A stretch of DNA of 63,556 bases, the filler included, from Licmophora abbreviata (lineage: Eukaryota), in NCBI GenBank assembly GCA_900291995.1. It is 16 parts of 16 records of this genome, joined end to end, with 100 filler letters (N's around TTAATTAATTAA, not from the genome) between each part and the next. Parts side by side here need not be neighbours in the genome. Positions count along the whole stretch, not along the records: positions 30,046 to 37,130 come from OLMU01002678.1; positions 37,231 to 46,278 come from OLMU01002679.1; 14 more parts are not named here. One strand, 5' to 3'. The notes under the pieces are model-generated. The model ran no database searches, was not told where the DNA came from, and saw only the letters and a program-made list of their open reading frames with translations. Position 1 is the first letter of the stretch; each line of letters opens with the position of its first letter. Both the position numbers and the translations under genes were made by a program. Shown here piece after piece: positions 32,483 to 45,473 of this stretch.

Positions 32483-35398
32483 ATGGGACGAAAGAAAAAG
32501 TCGGGGAATAAACAAAGTAGGGCAGAGACCAAAGAATTGTCTAGAGGGTCTCAAGACAATGGAGGAGAGAATCTTTTGTGTTCTGTGGATTGGTTGGAAT
32601 TACAGCTGAGTAATTCGTTGAAAGCAGGAAGCAGCTCCACCCGCAACTCTACAAAACCTCCGATTCTTCATGTAAACGAATCAGATGCAAAAAGATTGAA
32701 CGTCGGGAATGGAGACGATGTAATTATGTTGCTGAGGAGCACCAACGGATCGATCGCGGCGACAGCAGTCTGTGGTGTCGCGGTCGCTCCTAACGGCTCA
32801 TCGCCGAGGCGACTGTCAACTTCACCTCAAAGCCGCATGACCTCGGGAAGCATCACAAAGTCGATGCGGCTTCCAGCGGGACAGTGTCAGATTTCTCCAA
32901 TCCTTTTTGCGAACCAACTGCTACAGGTTGCCTTGGAGACGAAAGTTTTATCTGCACCAATTGAGACTTCGTCGATACCGCAGCCGTCGCCTTCGACGCC
33001 GTCTTCGGGGTTTTCTTTTGCCAAAGGAGGAGGAGGCGATCTTCTGATCTCACCAAAGAGCCAGGATACACCGAAATTTCCCTCCAGCCCTGCTTCAAAT
33101 CTTTCAAAGGCTGCGGATTGTGTAGTCGTCCCGGTCGACTCTGAAGTCGGGGATCAATTGTCGAGGATGGTGTGCGATGAGGCAGCGCAACTGCACCTAC
33201 AGATTTCGTCGGATGCGATCTCTGAGTCTATTTGGAAAGTGTCAAGGTACATGCTCAGCAGACTGGTGTTGGCGACCAATGAAGGACGATACATTCATGT
33301 TGGAGACACAATTGGTACCTCCTTTCAAGGAAAAATCATCGAGCTATCCGTGATGTCGGTCGTCGGGATCAGTGCAAAAGGTGCTAGTTCATTGGAAGAA
33401 AGACTGAATAGCTTGTCTCTTGATGCTGCAACTCGGATGCATAGTGCTACTCTGATGGATGACGTACGCTTGGCGCTCCGTCGGGATCTAGAGCGAACGG
33501 CCCTTTTTCGATTGTCCACATCCACACAAGTCTCGACCCATCTTGATGGCAGTGCTGCTCCATCGGAGGATTCAACGAGTGTCAATCCAACAAAGGTAGT
33601 CGCTGGTCTTGACACGACTATTGAACAAGTGAAACGTTTACTCTTACCCCCTCTGCTACACCCTGAGCTGTTCTCAAAAGGTTCTCTCAAACCGCCACGA
33701 GGAGTTCTATTGTTCGGGACTAGCGGAGTGGGCAAAACACTACTGGCCAAGCAGATTGCCTTGGACTTAGAGTTAGAAACGCGGGTAGAGTACATTCAGT
33801 GTACTTCACTCCAGTCACATACTGCTGTTGTCGGGAAGGCTGAACGAAAGCTGACCCAGCTCTTCCAAACTCTCCAGAAGCAGTCGACAAAACCGTCAGG
33901 TGCCCTGCTGATCTTGGACGACATTCATTTGATTTGCCCCAAACGGGATGGTCGTAACCCCGGAGTTGACCGTCTGGCGGCAACGCTTTTGGCTTTACTT
34001 GATGGTATAGGACCGATGGCAGACGCGAGCCGATGTGATGGGAAACTAGTGATTCTCGCAATGACTACCGACCCCTCTGCGTTGGACCCAGCATTGCGAC
34101 GCCCTGGTCGCCTGGATACGGAAGTGGAAGTGGCGATACCAGACGAGCTTACTCGAGCCCAAATAATGAGATTCCAGCTTGAAAGCTTCAGGCCGGCCGT
34201 TGATCTTGTATCGCTTAGTGACGAGGACGTACTTGCCTTGTCCCGTCTCGCAAAAGGATTCAACGGAGCAGATTGCATGCTTGCCATAAAGGAAGCGGCG
34301 CGATCGAGCGCTACTGCAAGTTTGGCTTCGCCTGAGGCTAAACCACAAGTGTCTCTACATGATCTTCAATTGGCCATTCGATCTACTAAACCATCGACAA
34401 TCAGCGCAATTACCGTCGAGATTCCGCAAGTGCGCTGGTCGTCGATCGGAGGAATGGAATCCGTCAAACAAAAGCTACGCGAAGCTATTGAGCTTCCTAT
34501 CACCCACGCTCATCTATTTGAAAAGCTAAACATTCCACCCCCAAGAGGTGTGTTGCTGTACGGGCCACCTGGTTGCTCCAAGACACTGATGGCAAGGGCC
34601 CTGGCTACGGAAGGTCAAATGAACTTTCTCGCTGTAAAGGGACCAGAACTTTTGAGCAAATGGTTGGGAGAGAGCGAGAGAGCTCTCGCATCGCTGTTTC
34701 GACGGGCCCGAATGGCAAGTCCGTGTATTGTCTTTTTTGACGAGATCGATGCAATTGCAGCCAGGAGGGGAAGCGGTGATGGTAGCGCTGGGGGCGAGCG
34801 ACTGCTTTCGCAACTGCTGACCGAGCTTGATGGTGTGAGGAGCACCGCTGGCAAACTCGGGTCGTCCGACATGAAAGAACGGATTGTCGTAGTGGGGGCC
34901 ACCAATCGACCAGACTTGTTAGACAGCGCTTTGATCCGACCGGGACGAATCGATCGGAAGATTTATGTTGGACTACCAGACGAGAGCAGTCGTGCTCGTA
35001 TCTTTGAGATTGGTCTGAGTAATAAAGCGTGCTCTGATGACGTTTCGGTGAGTACGACATGTTGAGACCACATGCGTCGCAGCTCTGGTCTAATATTTTG
35101 TTCACCCATTTTCGTCTCTCGTTTTAAAAAGATTACTGAACTGGCGAAAGACGAGGTCAGCAGCGGGTTTTCGGGAGCCGAACTCATCGGAATCTGCAGA
35201 GAAGCAGCGTTGTTTGCCATTGAGGAACAAGACGACGAGGAGCGAACTTCGGATGAAGACCACAGTTCTGCCTCGCCTCGGATTGGGGCTCGACATCTGT
35301 TGCAAGCTATTGGTCGAATGCAGCGCCAGGTCACACCAGAGATGCTTGACTTTTACGCATCCTACAATAACGGCACGAAGATAGAGGTAATAGGATGA
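32483..35398 (+). CDS. Double-ring AAA+ ATPase, CDC48 family (AFG2/SPATA5-like); intron ~35049..35131
   Basis: D1: PRGVLLFGTSGVGKT, ILDDIH, LRRPGRLD. D2: WSSIGG, GVLLYGPPGCSKT, SKWLGESER, FFDEIDAI, ATNRPD, RPGRIDR, GFSGAEL. Confidence 0.9.
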
Positions 35399-35796
35399 TG
35401 TACGCGTCTTCGCTTGTAGCACGCACGTACGCCAGGTAATGCTATTGTACCTCCTTTCGTGAGCACTAGCATGGTGTATGCCGCATTGGAGGTCAGAGGC
35501 CAGCGAATAGAAGTGCCAGACACGGATATCATCGAATGGGTAGTGTAGATTATTCAAAGCTTTGCAATAACTAGTCGGCCACGCAAGACTCGCATTCCCA
35601 ATATCTGACACGTCACACGAAAGGAACATCCGAGATCTTCATCCCTCATCTCGCATCCTCTGACGTGCTACCCGAGTAGAGTATCTCTTTTCATCACCGT
35701 CGTATAGTCCTACAGAACACAAGAAGAACTCAATCGCCCGTAGCATCTCTCATAGCGTAGACATCCTGGCTCGTGCACACCCTACTGCAACTTTTG

Positions 35797-36141
35797 CTAC
35801 CGTGCTTCGAATTGAATCACTAAAGAAGAAGAAAAGACAAAGAGAGTTCACCAAAGTCAGAAACGTCGTTGCAACCTTTTTTACTCAGATACATGGTTCC
35901 ATACAATGCCTCTAGAGTAGCCAGCATGAGATTGTAGGTGCCACTCACATCGCTTGGTACGAGTCTTGTACAAGATTCGGAATCCGCACTGTCGACATCG
36001 GACAGGATCACCGCCCTTGATATTGTTGCGAGCACCACAGTCACCGCACCGGTATTCCACCCCTCTCACAATGGGTAGACCTGCCGGCACGGCGGCGACA
36101 GAACTGCTTGGAACAGTAGCAGCAGCAGCTTCCGATGCCAT
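35797..36141 (-). CDS. RPB12: RNA polymerase I/II/III shared subunit RPB12 (RPABC4); 2 exons
   Basis: VEYRCGDCG...[20 protein letters not shown], then a GTGAGT...TTTAG intron, then LIQFEAR*. Confidence 0.95.
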
Positions 36142-36372
36142 GGTGCAAGTTTGTTGGTGTGTGCTTTTGCGAGTCGGAAAATTTGTGTGGCCAAAACGCG
36201 TGCTGACGAAGGCTGTACTGCGTCCGTATCCGCGCCGCTCGGAGGTGAGATGGCGACGACCATGAATAACACACACCATGACGGAGGGAACGTAAGAGCA
36301 GCCACTGACCCTCTGTTTCACCCGAACCTGCACACTAGTTCTGCTTTCTTATTGTCCTCTGTACAAAGTATC

Positions 36373-36846
36373 ATGTATTCAGGGCGAAGAAGCCTTCTTT
36401 CAAGATATAGGAGTGTCTTCATTGGAGATCGAATACCACCCATTGGCGGTGGTCGATGCTTCGTCGGCCCGCCGCCTTATCAACCATGCAATGCCGTCAC
36501 TCGGCATCGTCTGATGGTGACAAGCGCCCAGCGACGCAAGTGGAAACAAAAGGGATATCTAAAGCGTCGAGGATCCAAGCGAATCTCAGCAGCAGAGGAG
36601 ACTTCGGACGTTAATGCGACATCAGCCACGAAAAGAGCTGGTGCGGGGAACGGTGCTGCTGCTGGGGGCTCTTCGAAAGTGCAAGGTATTATCATTCTAG
36701 GACTCTTTCCGATTGTAGCGACGGGTATTGTGATTGCAGTACGGGAAGATTTTCAAGAGCAAGTCCGACAAAACTGGGCGGCCGTGAGACCACAACCAGA
36801 AGAGGGATCTACTGGTGATGCCGACCTCCGTCGCTCCACAGAATGA
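36373..36846 (+). CDS. Small single-TM hypothetical protein, possibly mitochondrial
   Basis: Arg-rich N-terminus (MYSGRRSLLSRYR...) and one TM (IIILGLFPIVATGIVIAV). Lies within ORF 36151..36846, divergent from RPB12. Confidence 0.55.
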   Translation: MYSGRRSLLSRYRSVFIGDRIPPIGGGRCFVGPPPYQPCNAVTRHRLMVTSAQRRKWKQKGYLKRRGSKRISAAEETSDVNATSATKRAGAGNGAAAGGSSKVQGIIILGLFPIVATGIVIAVREDFQEQVRQNWAAVRPQPEEGSTGDADLRRSTE

Positions 36847-36885
36847 CACGCCACTACTCTGTCCATTTTGTACTCGTAACTTCTT

Positions 36886-38312
36886 TTAGTTTACTAAGAC
36901 AGTCTTATCGAGTCGATTCAGACGTGCTTGTGCTTCCTTCATATTGACCGATACGCTCCGCACAGACCCTGTGAGCTGCACCAATCCAGCCTTGGAACCG
37001 GGCGGCTTCTTCACGTCACGACATCTAGTCAGCGACACCTGATTATGTACAAGAGTAAGACGGCACAGCAAAAGCAGACATCTCTGAGAAATGACAGTAG
37101 ACTACGATGCATCATCAAATGGTCAAGCCCNNNNNNNNNNNNNNNNNNNNNNNNNNNNNNNNNNNNNNNNNNNNTTAATTAATTAANNNNNNNNNNNNNN
37201 NNNNNNNNNNNNNNNNNNNNNNNNNNNNNNTTGTGCCCTGATCGTACTGTACCTTGATGACACCACCGTTGCATTTGGACTGACGCGCCGCCAGAGCCGC
37301 CGCATCGTTCACTACCGCCTCGTTCAGGTTCTGATCGCTGCAGCGAATCACAACGTGACTTCCGGCACACCCCGATGCATGCATCCACCAGTCGCTTCCG
37401 TCGCGATGCTCCGGAGAACAGGATAGCATGTCATTGTCTTCCGCTTGCTTTCCAACCTGATGAAAAGGGAAATGGGGTAAGATGATGCGCAGTGCACGTG
37501 CATAAGAAAGCAGCCACACAGACCCATTCGTAACATGGACTTACTCGGATCTCGGTTTGATCTTCGGTATAGTATCGTCGATATGGAAGTCTCATGGGTT
37601 CCATGACACGCGGTCCCTTCTTCTTTTTGGGTCCTCTTGCTGGTCTCTGCGGAGGCTTGTCGTCGACGCCGAGAGACAGGGCAAGTTCAGCAACATTCAA
37701 AGGCAGCACAGCCTCCTTAGACTTGATGCTCTGCAGTTCCTGCTCCAGTTCATTCAACCGAATCAGTCTCTCTTGAAGCTCTTCCAGTTCGAAAGCTATG
37801 GCATCGACGTTTGGACATTGCTCCAGCTGCTCCTGTGTAGCATCGGGATTCGCAGTCAAGGTTTCGACGAGCGATTGAGCATTCGAGAGACGCGTATTGA
37901 CTTTTCCTATCTTCTTGTGACTCCGCAAGACCAATCTCGTGACTTCCTTTTTCAAGGTAGGAATATTCCATGAACTTTCGACTGTCTTGGTGGAATCGAC
38001 GGCCTCGTCTTCGTCCACGGCGTCCATCATCATGAGTGACGACGATGACGATCGGTAGGTCGGTGGCATTGACCGACACCGGGGTCTCAGAAGTCCCCAT
38101 GATACAGCGTCTCCTTGTGTTTTGAATACTCGAGACGAAGTACTCCTTTGGCGACTGATGACTGTGCGACCGAAGGAATTGCGGCTGCAGTAGGCCGATG
38201 CGTACCGCACCACCATCATGACTGCGCAGCAGGGCAATGTCCTGGAAACGAGATGAATCCAACGGCGTCCTGATAGTGATGATCTACCAAGACTATACGG
38301 CATACTTTGCAT
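36886..38312 (-). CDS. NFACT RNA-binding domain (DUF814) protein with N-terminal coiled coil; multi-exon, crosses gap 37131..37230
   Basis: LPYRRYYT..EIRVGKQAEDNDMLS...WWMHASGCAGSHVVI...DAAALAARQSK, then VSLTRCRDVKKPPGSKAGLVQL. Start codon uncertain. Confidence 0.85.
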
Positions 38313-38650
38313 TGAAAACAACGATGACAGTGGTTTTAGCTTTCGAGCTGTCTTGTTGTTGTAAGAAACTAATGCAGCGCCATCGGCCATCGGCCATCGT
38401 CATCAGTTCTGTCACAAAGAAAAAAGTCAAAGAAGAGGCTGTGATGCGATGTCGCACTGACGTCAGACCTCGTGGAAAAACCTCGAACACTTTAATAACC
38501 CGGAGGCTGACAGGATCATCGCGCCAGCTTTTTCAATCGCGTTGTGCCCCTCGACCATGACGCCGCGTGGCAAACACTGCCCTTCTCTTTGCCGCTTTCG
38601 AGACGATACAAGACCCTTACTTTCAAGAAATAACAATTAAGTTCGGAAAT

Positions 38651-40110
38651 CATGGATTGGTCTGGCAAAAGATTACGTTCGAGTCGAACTCGGCTTCGAA
38701 ACAGGACATGCTTGATCCTGATGTGCTTACTCGTGTCAGTCGTACAGGCTGCACTCCCGGACGCGTCGTCCACATTTCTCAAGATGCATCGATTCTACAC
38801 GCAACATCCTCCTCACGAGGCATCTCTCTACCACGTACTTCACGTGCAGCCCAATGCCACCCTTGCCGAAATTCAGAAGTCCTATCGAAGATTGACGCGC
38901 ATGCTACATCCCGACAAACAACAAGGACGGCGACGGCGACATCACCGCGAAGCTGATACTGCTACAACTAGTAGTGATTCTGACGATGAACGAGAAGAAC
39001 GACTGCAGCAGGTTCGGGAAGCGTATGAAGTTTTGAAGGATGATACGACTCGACTTCCTTACCATAAGTTTGGATTAATCGACACCAACATGGCGGCGTT
39101 CCTCCTCACGGGAGGGTCTCTCGGGAGCCCTGGCACTCCTACGAGAGATGGCATGACTGTGGAACAGCAGCGACTCTTGCAGTGGATGGGGTATGGACCA
39201 GACTATCGTATTTCAAAGTCACACCACGAACGAGTCATGTTCTTGGCTGCCATCTTACTGGAACGCATACGACCCTTGGTGGAGGGGGCCATTGAAGAAC
39301 ACACGCTGGCGGACGCTCTTGCGCAAGAGTGCGATATCTTGAAGCGACTGCCCCTGGGGGCTCAGATTATTCGGTGCATTGGACGTGCCTATCGACATGC
39401 GGGGCAACACGTATTGCGAAAACACCGCCAGCAATCCAAGTTTCTGCTGTGGAGAGCGGGTGCGGATCTATCGGATACCATGCGAGCGAAAATGCGCAGT
39501 GCCAAGCAAGTGCTGACGGCTGCGGTGGCCAGTGGACGCTTGGTGTGGACAGAAAAGCAGATGAAGCAGCAGCAGAGACAAGACAAGGATGGATCAGATC
39601 TGTCCGCAATTGCATACCATATGCAAGACGATGATGCTGCAGTCGATGAGGTAAGTTGGCGGCAAGCATATCATACGTCGCAGTGGAATTATCCTGTCCC
39701 ATTTTTTTCCATTTTCACTCGATCACCAGCTGATGACGGATATAGACTTGGACGAGCTCTCATCACACGTGCAATCCGACGAGGAGATCCAACAACAAGA
39801 GCACTATAATGCGCAAAGTGCCGTCTTGGAATCACTTCAAGTCGAGGCGCTCTGGAAAATTAGCAAAATCGACCTCGACCGGACAACGCAAGAAGCCTGT
39901 AAGCTCATACTAAATGGGGACTATTTCTTTTTCCCCTTTCATCAGGCACCGTCGGATTTGGACCGAGGTGGAGGAGGTGATGGCTGGGTAGGGTCGACAG
40001 GCGAAGCAATCCATATCAATGTGGGACGCGCACGAGCTGCTGCTGCGTTGGTCATGGTGGGAGATATTATGGTTCGATGCAGTAAGGAAGGAACGTCATG
40101 GAGGGAGTAG
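38651..40110 (+). CDS. DnaJ (J-domain) protein with X-domain-like C-terminal region; intron after 39650
   Basis: Signal-like segment, LYHVLHVQPNATLAEIQKSYRRLTRMLHPDK, AYEVLKD, LGAQIIRCIGRAY and LWKISKIDLDRT. Confidence 0.85.
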
Positions 40111-40766
40111 AGAGCCTAGTGGTACTGTTTGATCTTTGTAGGCGAAGAAGTGCCAAGACCAACAACAGCACGAGTGGATCAAAAGTCCGTGACGGACTCA
40201 TGTCACGCCAACTATAGAGCAGGATCAAGCTTCATGCTGGATGCGTTTGCGATTCTACCCGTCCATCACTCTGGACAATAACGGGTGTCGCCAAAGGTTG
40301 CGGTGTTGCGGCAGAAGCACACGCAACCTCAAATGCTGGACTTTGACGGATCGATTTCAGCATGTGAAAGACCAATCGTAGGAGCAAGATCTGGAGAATC
40401 CCACCATAGCAACCATGCGTATAATACTGTTTAACTCACAAGAGTCCAAGCTTTTCAAGTTGTCACTTGCTCTACTGTAACGGTAGACGTCGTACAAGTT
40501 TTAGCATTTTCAATTTGGGACGAAGAAGAGTTTGAAAGCTGAGACGGCGTCTGAGTCCGATCGTTTGAAACTGTACATTGTTCAGTTTATGTTACACGTA
40601 CCGGAATATAGTTTTTGACATATTTGTATTATCGAAATATACTCGTTATTTATATCATTTTGCTCTCAAAAACGTTTTGCTCGTTGGACGATCGTAGTTG
40701 GCAGGATATGAACAAACACGCGGTCATTGTGTCATTGTCATGAGATACATGTCATGACAAGAGACC

Positions 40767-42647
40767 ATGATTGCGAGCCGCAACATTTCGACGGTGCCCT
40801 CACGCACGAGCTACTCTCGCCGTATACGACAAAACGAAGTGCATCGTACCATGGAGAGTGCCAACGCGTGGACGCCGGTCCACGCGAGTCGCGCCCGTGA
40901 AATCCTGGAAGACATGAGGCGCCAACAGAGCACGCTGCGGCATACGACATCGGACAGGGATGGTGCTCCCTCGTGGAATGACGATGGCAGTCTTCCTTCA
41001 CTCTCTTACAGGACAGGAGGGAAGACATTGTTGGCGACAGACTCGATCGGATCAAGGCAGTCACTGGCTGAGCGGGCGCAGTCGATCCTTGAGGATATTC
41101 GACGGAAACGAGGTGTTGGCGAGTCATTCCGCCATGCCGAGTCAAGTCTCGCGTCCTCGTTCAAGCACACCCACCTCACTACTGTGTCTCCTCGGCGGTC
41201 ACCGGACTGTGTTTCAGATTCAGACGAGGAACCACCTGACGTGATGTACTCCAGCGGCTCCGACTCTTCCACCTCCGCAGCGGACACTCGCGACTGCTGG
41301 GTCGAGACTAGCAGAGCCAGCAGCGATGACTCAAGTAGCGTCCTTCCGTTCGAGACGAGAAGGCGGGCTATTCTTGAGGGTCTGGTGGATGTTTCTCATA
41401 CTCTCGTGCCACTGGAACTGTCGTCTCATACCAGGACAAGCACTAATCCGCGCATCGAGTCGGACAAGTCTCGTCGTTCCTCTGCTCGTCCGTCGAGGAC
41501 CTCTAGCGCACGAGATTTGTATCGCGACAACACGGTTCGGCTGTCAACGCATCTGGAAAGGAACAACGCGAGGAGCAGGGATCCGGTCGATCAGGGCAAT
41601 ACGCGATCTTCTGAGACAGGACGCAGCTCCCACACGGAGAGACGAAGTGTTCTCACCAGCATGCTTGAGTCGATTGCGGAGCTCAAGGACGAAGCGTCAG
41701 CGAAGAGTAGCAGCAAGGCCACTTCTACTTTCAGGAATCGGAAATTTCATTCTTCGCGACCGAATTCGAGGGCGCATCGACTCTTGTCAGCGCGAGAGGA
41801 ATATCGACGGAGTCAACTATCGTCAGGAAAGAAGCCATCGGTTGCTCTTGATAGTAGCAACGTCAGCCAGAGCTCCCACAAGTCACCTCACAGTATCCGG
41901 GAGCTGTACGAAACGCGAGAACCTAAAACTATCACTCATCCTCCCAAGTCCTCGGCACGGCGTGTCACGCCGGACGCCAAGAAGAAGACAACGCCGATGC
42001 GAAGACCACGAGTCACTTCATCGAAACCAGCAAAGGTGCCTTCTCGAACGACTGCTTCGCGCAAGAATATCCTAGTCAATCCGATCGATGACGACAGCCA
42101 AAGTTGGGTCGACCCTTCTGTCTCCTTCCACAAGAACACTTCGATCTCTCTTCCCACTGACGACCCCATTGAAGATATGTCGAAGCTTGAGACGTCGGGC
42201 TTCTTTCTTCCGAATGACAAGGCACCAGTGAAGAAAAACGACAAGAGCACCGCGCCAGGATGGTCTTTCACGGAGTTTGAATGGACTAGTTTCGACGATC
42301 AGTCTGTCGTGTCCATCTGGGGATCGAATCCGGAAAAGGACGCCTTTTATAATCCAGCCGATCCCCTTGACGACTTGTCCATGGTGGCGCACTCGTCAAA
42401 CAAGATGGAAACGGTCGAAGAAACGGGGACTTTATCTCGTGAGGACTGTACAAGACTTAACTTGGAGGAACGATTCGCGGGAGGGCACTACTACATTTAC
42501 TATCAAACTATGGATCCGGACATCGTGCACGAGCCCGTGTCGAAGAGGAAACTCCGCGCCTTCAACCGAGCGCATCCAGACCCAATCGATCGCTGCTCGG
42601 GAGGCCTTTATCTCATTGCAGTACGTACGGCAATGTCGGAGATCTAA
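40767..42647 (+). CDS. Hypothetical Ser/Arg-rich, largely disordered protein
   Basis: 626-aa uninterrupted ORF with an ordered-looking C-terminus (RFAGGHYYIYYQTMDPDIVHEP...). No family recognised. Confidence 0.7.
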   Translation: MIASRNISTVPSRTSYSRRIRQNEVHRTMESANAWTPVHASRAREILEDMRRQQSTLRHTTSDRDGAPSWNDDGSLPSLSYRTGGKTLLATDSIGSRQSLAERAQSILEDIRRKRGVGESFRHAESSLASSFKHTHLTTVSPRRSPDCVSDSDEEPPDVMYSSGSDSSTSAADTRDCWVETSRASSDDSSSVLPFETRRRAILEGLVDVSHTLVPLELSSHTRTSTNPRIESDKSRRSSARPSRTSSARDLYRDNTVRLSTHLERNNARSRDPVDQGNTRSSETGRSSHTERRSVLTSMLESIAELKDEASAKSSSKATSTFRNRKFHSSRPNSRAHRLLSAREEYRRSQLSSGKKPSVALDSSNVSQSSHKSPHSIRELYETREPKTITHPPKSSARRVTPDAKKKTTPMRRPRVTSSKPAKVPSRTTASRKNILVNPIDDDSQSWVDPSVSFHKNTSISLPTDDPIEDMSKLETSGFFLPNDKAPVKKNDKSTAPGWSFTEFEWTSFDDQSVVSIWGSNPEKDAFYNPADPLDDLSMVAHSSNKMETVEETGTLSREDCTRLNLEERFAGGHYYIYYQTMDPDIVHEPVSKRKLRAFNRAHPDPIDRCSGGLYLIAVRTAMSEI

Positions 42648-43061
42648 TCAGCCGGTTGAGTATTATCGAGAATGGGGGGTGGGGTCTTCCGGTAGCTGGA
42701 GTCTGCCGGAGCATTATTAGATGTCAAGAACTAATGCGGCTCTAGAGATTAAAGTTACAAGAAGACCAAACGGGTAACGACTGCACCTTCCAACATAATC
42801 ATACCACTAGCATCCAATATCGATGTCGGTAGAACTTGTGCCGCATTGCTGGTAACCCTCCTAGCCATCGCGGCCTCGTCACATCTTGAATCTGTACGAG
42901 TACGCGGATCGCGCGCTCTTCTTGACGCGCGCCATTGCAATCTGTGATCTGTGATGGATGATGGACGACGGCGGCTGATGCTGATGCCATCACCATCCTC
43001 ATTCAACCGTGACCGAGCTACGGGTGTTAAGTTTCCTATCGCCTTGATCTTATAATATTGC

Positions 43062-44244
43062 ATGATGGTGGACGTAGAAGCAGAGGAGTCGGTGACTGGC
43101 CAGGTCCGAGCGTCGTTTGTCCAGATTCTCCCCGTGCTACAGAGATTGATCGTCAGCACCCAAGACATGTCGAACATTACGCACGAGCTCCAGCAGGCAG
43201 TGCACTGGATGGACATTGTTCTCTTGGTTCTTCTCGGATGGGGAACAGTCCCTCTCTGTTCCATTTTATTCATGGGATACAAAAAATATGTCCACTTTGA
43301 ATATAGCCAGGGCTATCTCTACCAGGTGGCCTCTCACATTCAACAAGCCGCACAGTTGGCAATTGTGGTGTACGCCGCTGACTGTCTCGTCATTGCGTTG
43401 GCGGCACTCGACTTTGACTTTCTCCGACTCAACGTCCTATCCAAGGGATTTGCCAAGATTCTGTTTATCGCCTGGATAGCGCAGCGCGTCACCGTCTTCA
43501 AGCGCTATCTCTTTGGTTGGATGGTCAACCGTTCTCCCGAAAAGCTGGGCCGTCTGGAGATACTGGATAAGGTGGTTGACTGGATTTTGTATTCTTGGAC
43601 TGGCTTTATTCTATTGGACATTCTCGACGTTCAGATGGGAGTCGGGGTCAAGAGTGTTTTTGCAGTCGTACCGGCGTCAACGTTGGTCATTGGTCTGGCA
43701 AGCAAAGATGTCGCCACCATGTTCGTCAATGGCTTGACGCTGTCCACATCCGGTCGATTTAAACCAGGCGACGAGGTCAGGTTTGGTCGAGGTCAGGTTT
43801 GGTGATGGGACTACAGGTTTCATCGAAAGTCTTGGTTGGATGCAGACCTCTATCAAACATTTTGACAACATTACTGAGGTAATTCCCAACTCTTATCTGG
43901 GCATGATGCGTGTGAAGAATGTCAGTCGAGCCACACAGTGTCAAGTCTCTACGACTCTACGCTTCAAACATGAAGATGCCGAGAAGATTCCAAATTTGGT
44001 TGAACTCGTCAAGGCAGAAATCAAAGATAGCTGTCCGGAACTCATCTCGGATGGCTCAAAGCCCTTTCGCTGTTTGTGGACCGATGTAAAGGATTATTAC
44101 CTAGAAGTTCAGCTCAATACGCATTACAATCTACCCGCAACCGGCGACCCTTACTGGGAGAATCGACAGCAAGTGATGGAAGCGATCCTTCGCGCTTGCA
44201 AGTTTCATAACTTGGAGTTTGCCAAACCTCGCAAGCACGGATAA
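43062..44244 (+). CDS. MscS-family small mechanosensitive channel, frameshifted by a 16-nt tandem duplication
   Basis: TM helices, then GLASKDVATMFVNGL, RFKPGDEVRFGDGTTGFIESLGWMQT and IPNS. ORFs 43062..43805 and 43783..44244 join if one repeat copy is removed. Confidence 0.88.
43772..43803 (+). repeat. Perfect 16-nt tandem duplication CGAGGTCAGGTTTGGT x2
   Basis: Directly visible at 43772..43787 and 43788..43803. Confidence 0.95.
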
Positions 44245-44632
44245 GCGGGTCGCGGCCAGCTATTGTTATGAAAGCCAATGGCTGGTTTGTGTTCGACTGC
44301 TTGCGGTGTACTACCCCTAAAATAAGTTCGGGGGCGGACATTCCCTATACGAACGTGGCTATCTTCTCCTCAGTCCTACCGGTACAATTTTCGAGCTCTA
44401 TAAATACTCATATCGTACTATAGCCATCACTGATGCGATACTGCCTAGCTGAACCATATGATTTTATTTTTAAAAAAAGATGCTTAGAGCATATCATGTT
44501 TACGCTAGGAAGTGAAGCCTCCCGACAAAAAATCTCCCGCTTCGCGTGATGACCACACTACTCGTACTTTGAACCTTCCCAACTTCGGGTTCACTTCTAC
44601 GAATAGAGAAAGAGATGTAGAAGTATCACACG

Positions 44633-45382
44633 ATGAGCAATAGAAGGAGTAGATTTCTATTCGGAACATGCTCTCCCAAGGAATGTCTTAGTAGAAGCGA
44701 GTCGAAAGACACACAGGTGGATGGCTTGTGCCATGTAAAAGAGATTCTATTGAACCTGAGGAGAAAAAACAAGACCGCCAAGAAGGACAATCTAAGCCAG
44801 TACGCTGAAGTGCTCAGAGCTGTGGTGGACGCCGTCTCGCGCTTTTCCACGTGCTCAGACAACTATTCTGATACTTCCACCACTGTTCCAGAGACTGTTG
44901 GGACTCATGACTCTGTCTTGGGCTGTGGCGGGGCCTCTCCAAGTCAAAGACGAAATGCGACGGGACGAGAAGTAGCTCCAAACCCGTTTTGTGCTTCACG
45001 GTGGCCATCGTATGCAAACGTTTCCGACGATTATGAATTCGAATTCAATCGTCTGTTAGATCAGACAGAGAACGACAGATTTCGTCTGGACCATGATATC
45101 CTTCCGGAATCCTCTGATGATGAATATATAGTTGAGGAACCGATTGACGAAGTGGACATATCGTTGAGACTGATGGGGTACGAAGAGGGTTTTTCTCCGG
45201 AAGTAACACGGGGCGGTTGCGAGACCATAGAGGAAATATCTGAGTGCTCAGTATCGTCAACGAGAGACAGAAGGACCTTACGTCGGAAACCCTGCGTCTT
45301 GAAAAAGTGTGACGAGAAATGCGCTTGCGGGATGGCCATGAAACCAGGACGCAAGTGCAGCTGTGGTCTCGTCTGGGTATGA
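44633..45382 (+). CDS. Hypothetical acidic protein with Cys-rich C-terminus
   Basis: 249-aa ORF ending PCVLKKCDEKCACG...KCSCGLVWV. Confidence 0.55.
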   Translation: MSNRRSRFLFGTCSPKECLSRSESKDTQVDGLCHVKEILLNLRRKNKTAKKDNLSQYAEVLRAVVDAVSRFSTCSDNYSDTSTTVPETVGTHDSVLGCGGASPSQRRNATGREVAPNPFCASRWPSYANVSDDYEFEFNRLLDQTENDRFRLDHDILPESSDDEYIVEEPIDEVDISLRLMGYEEGFSPEVTRGGCETIEEISECSVSSTRDRRTLRRKPCVLKKCDEKCACGMAMKPGRKCSCGLVWV

Positions 45383-45473
45383 GAGGCGAGTCATTCGGAC
45401 GACGCTCTTGGGGGCTGGGGATACAGATGTGCTATTTTAGTATTCATATAAGAAAATAATCCAATTTGGAGGT

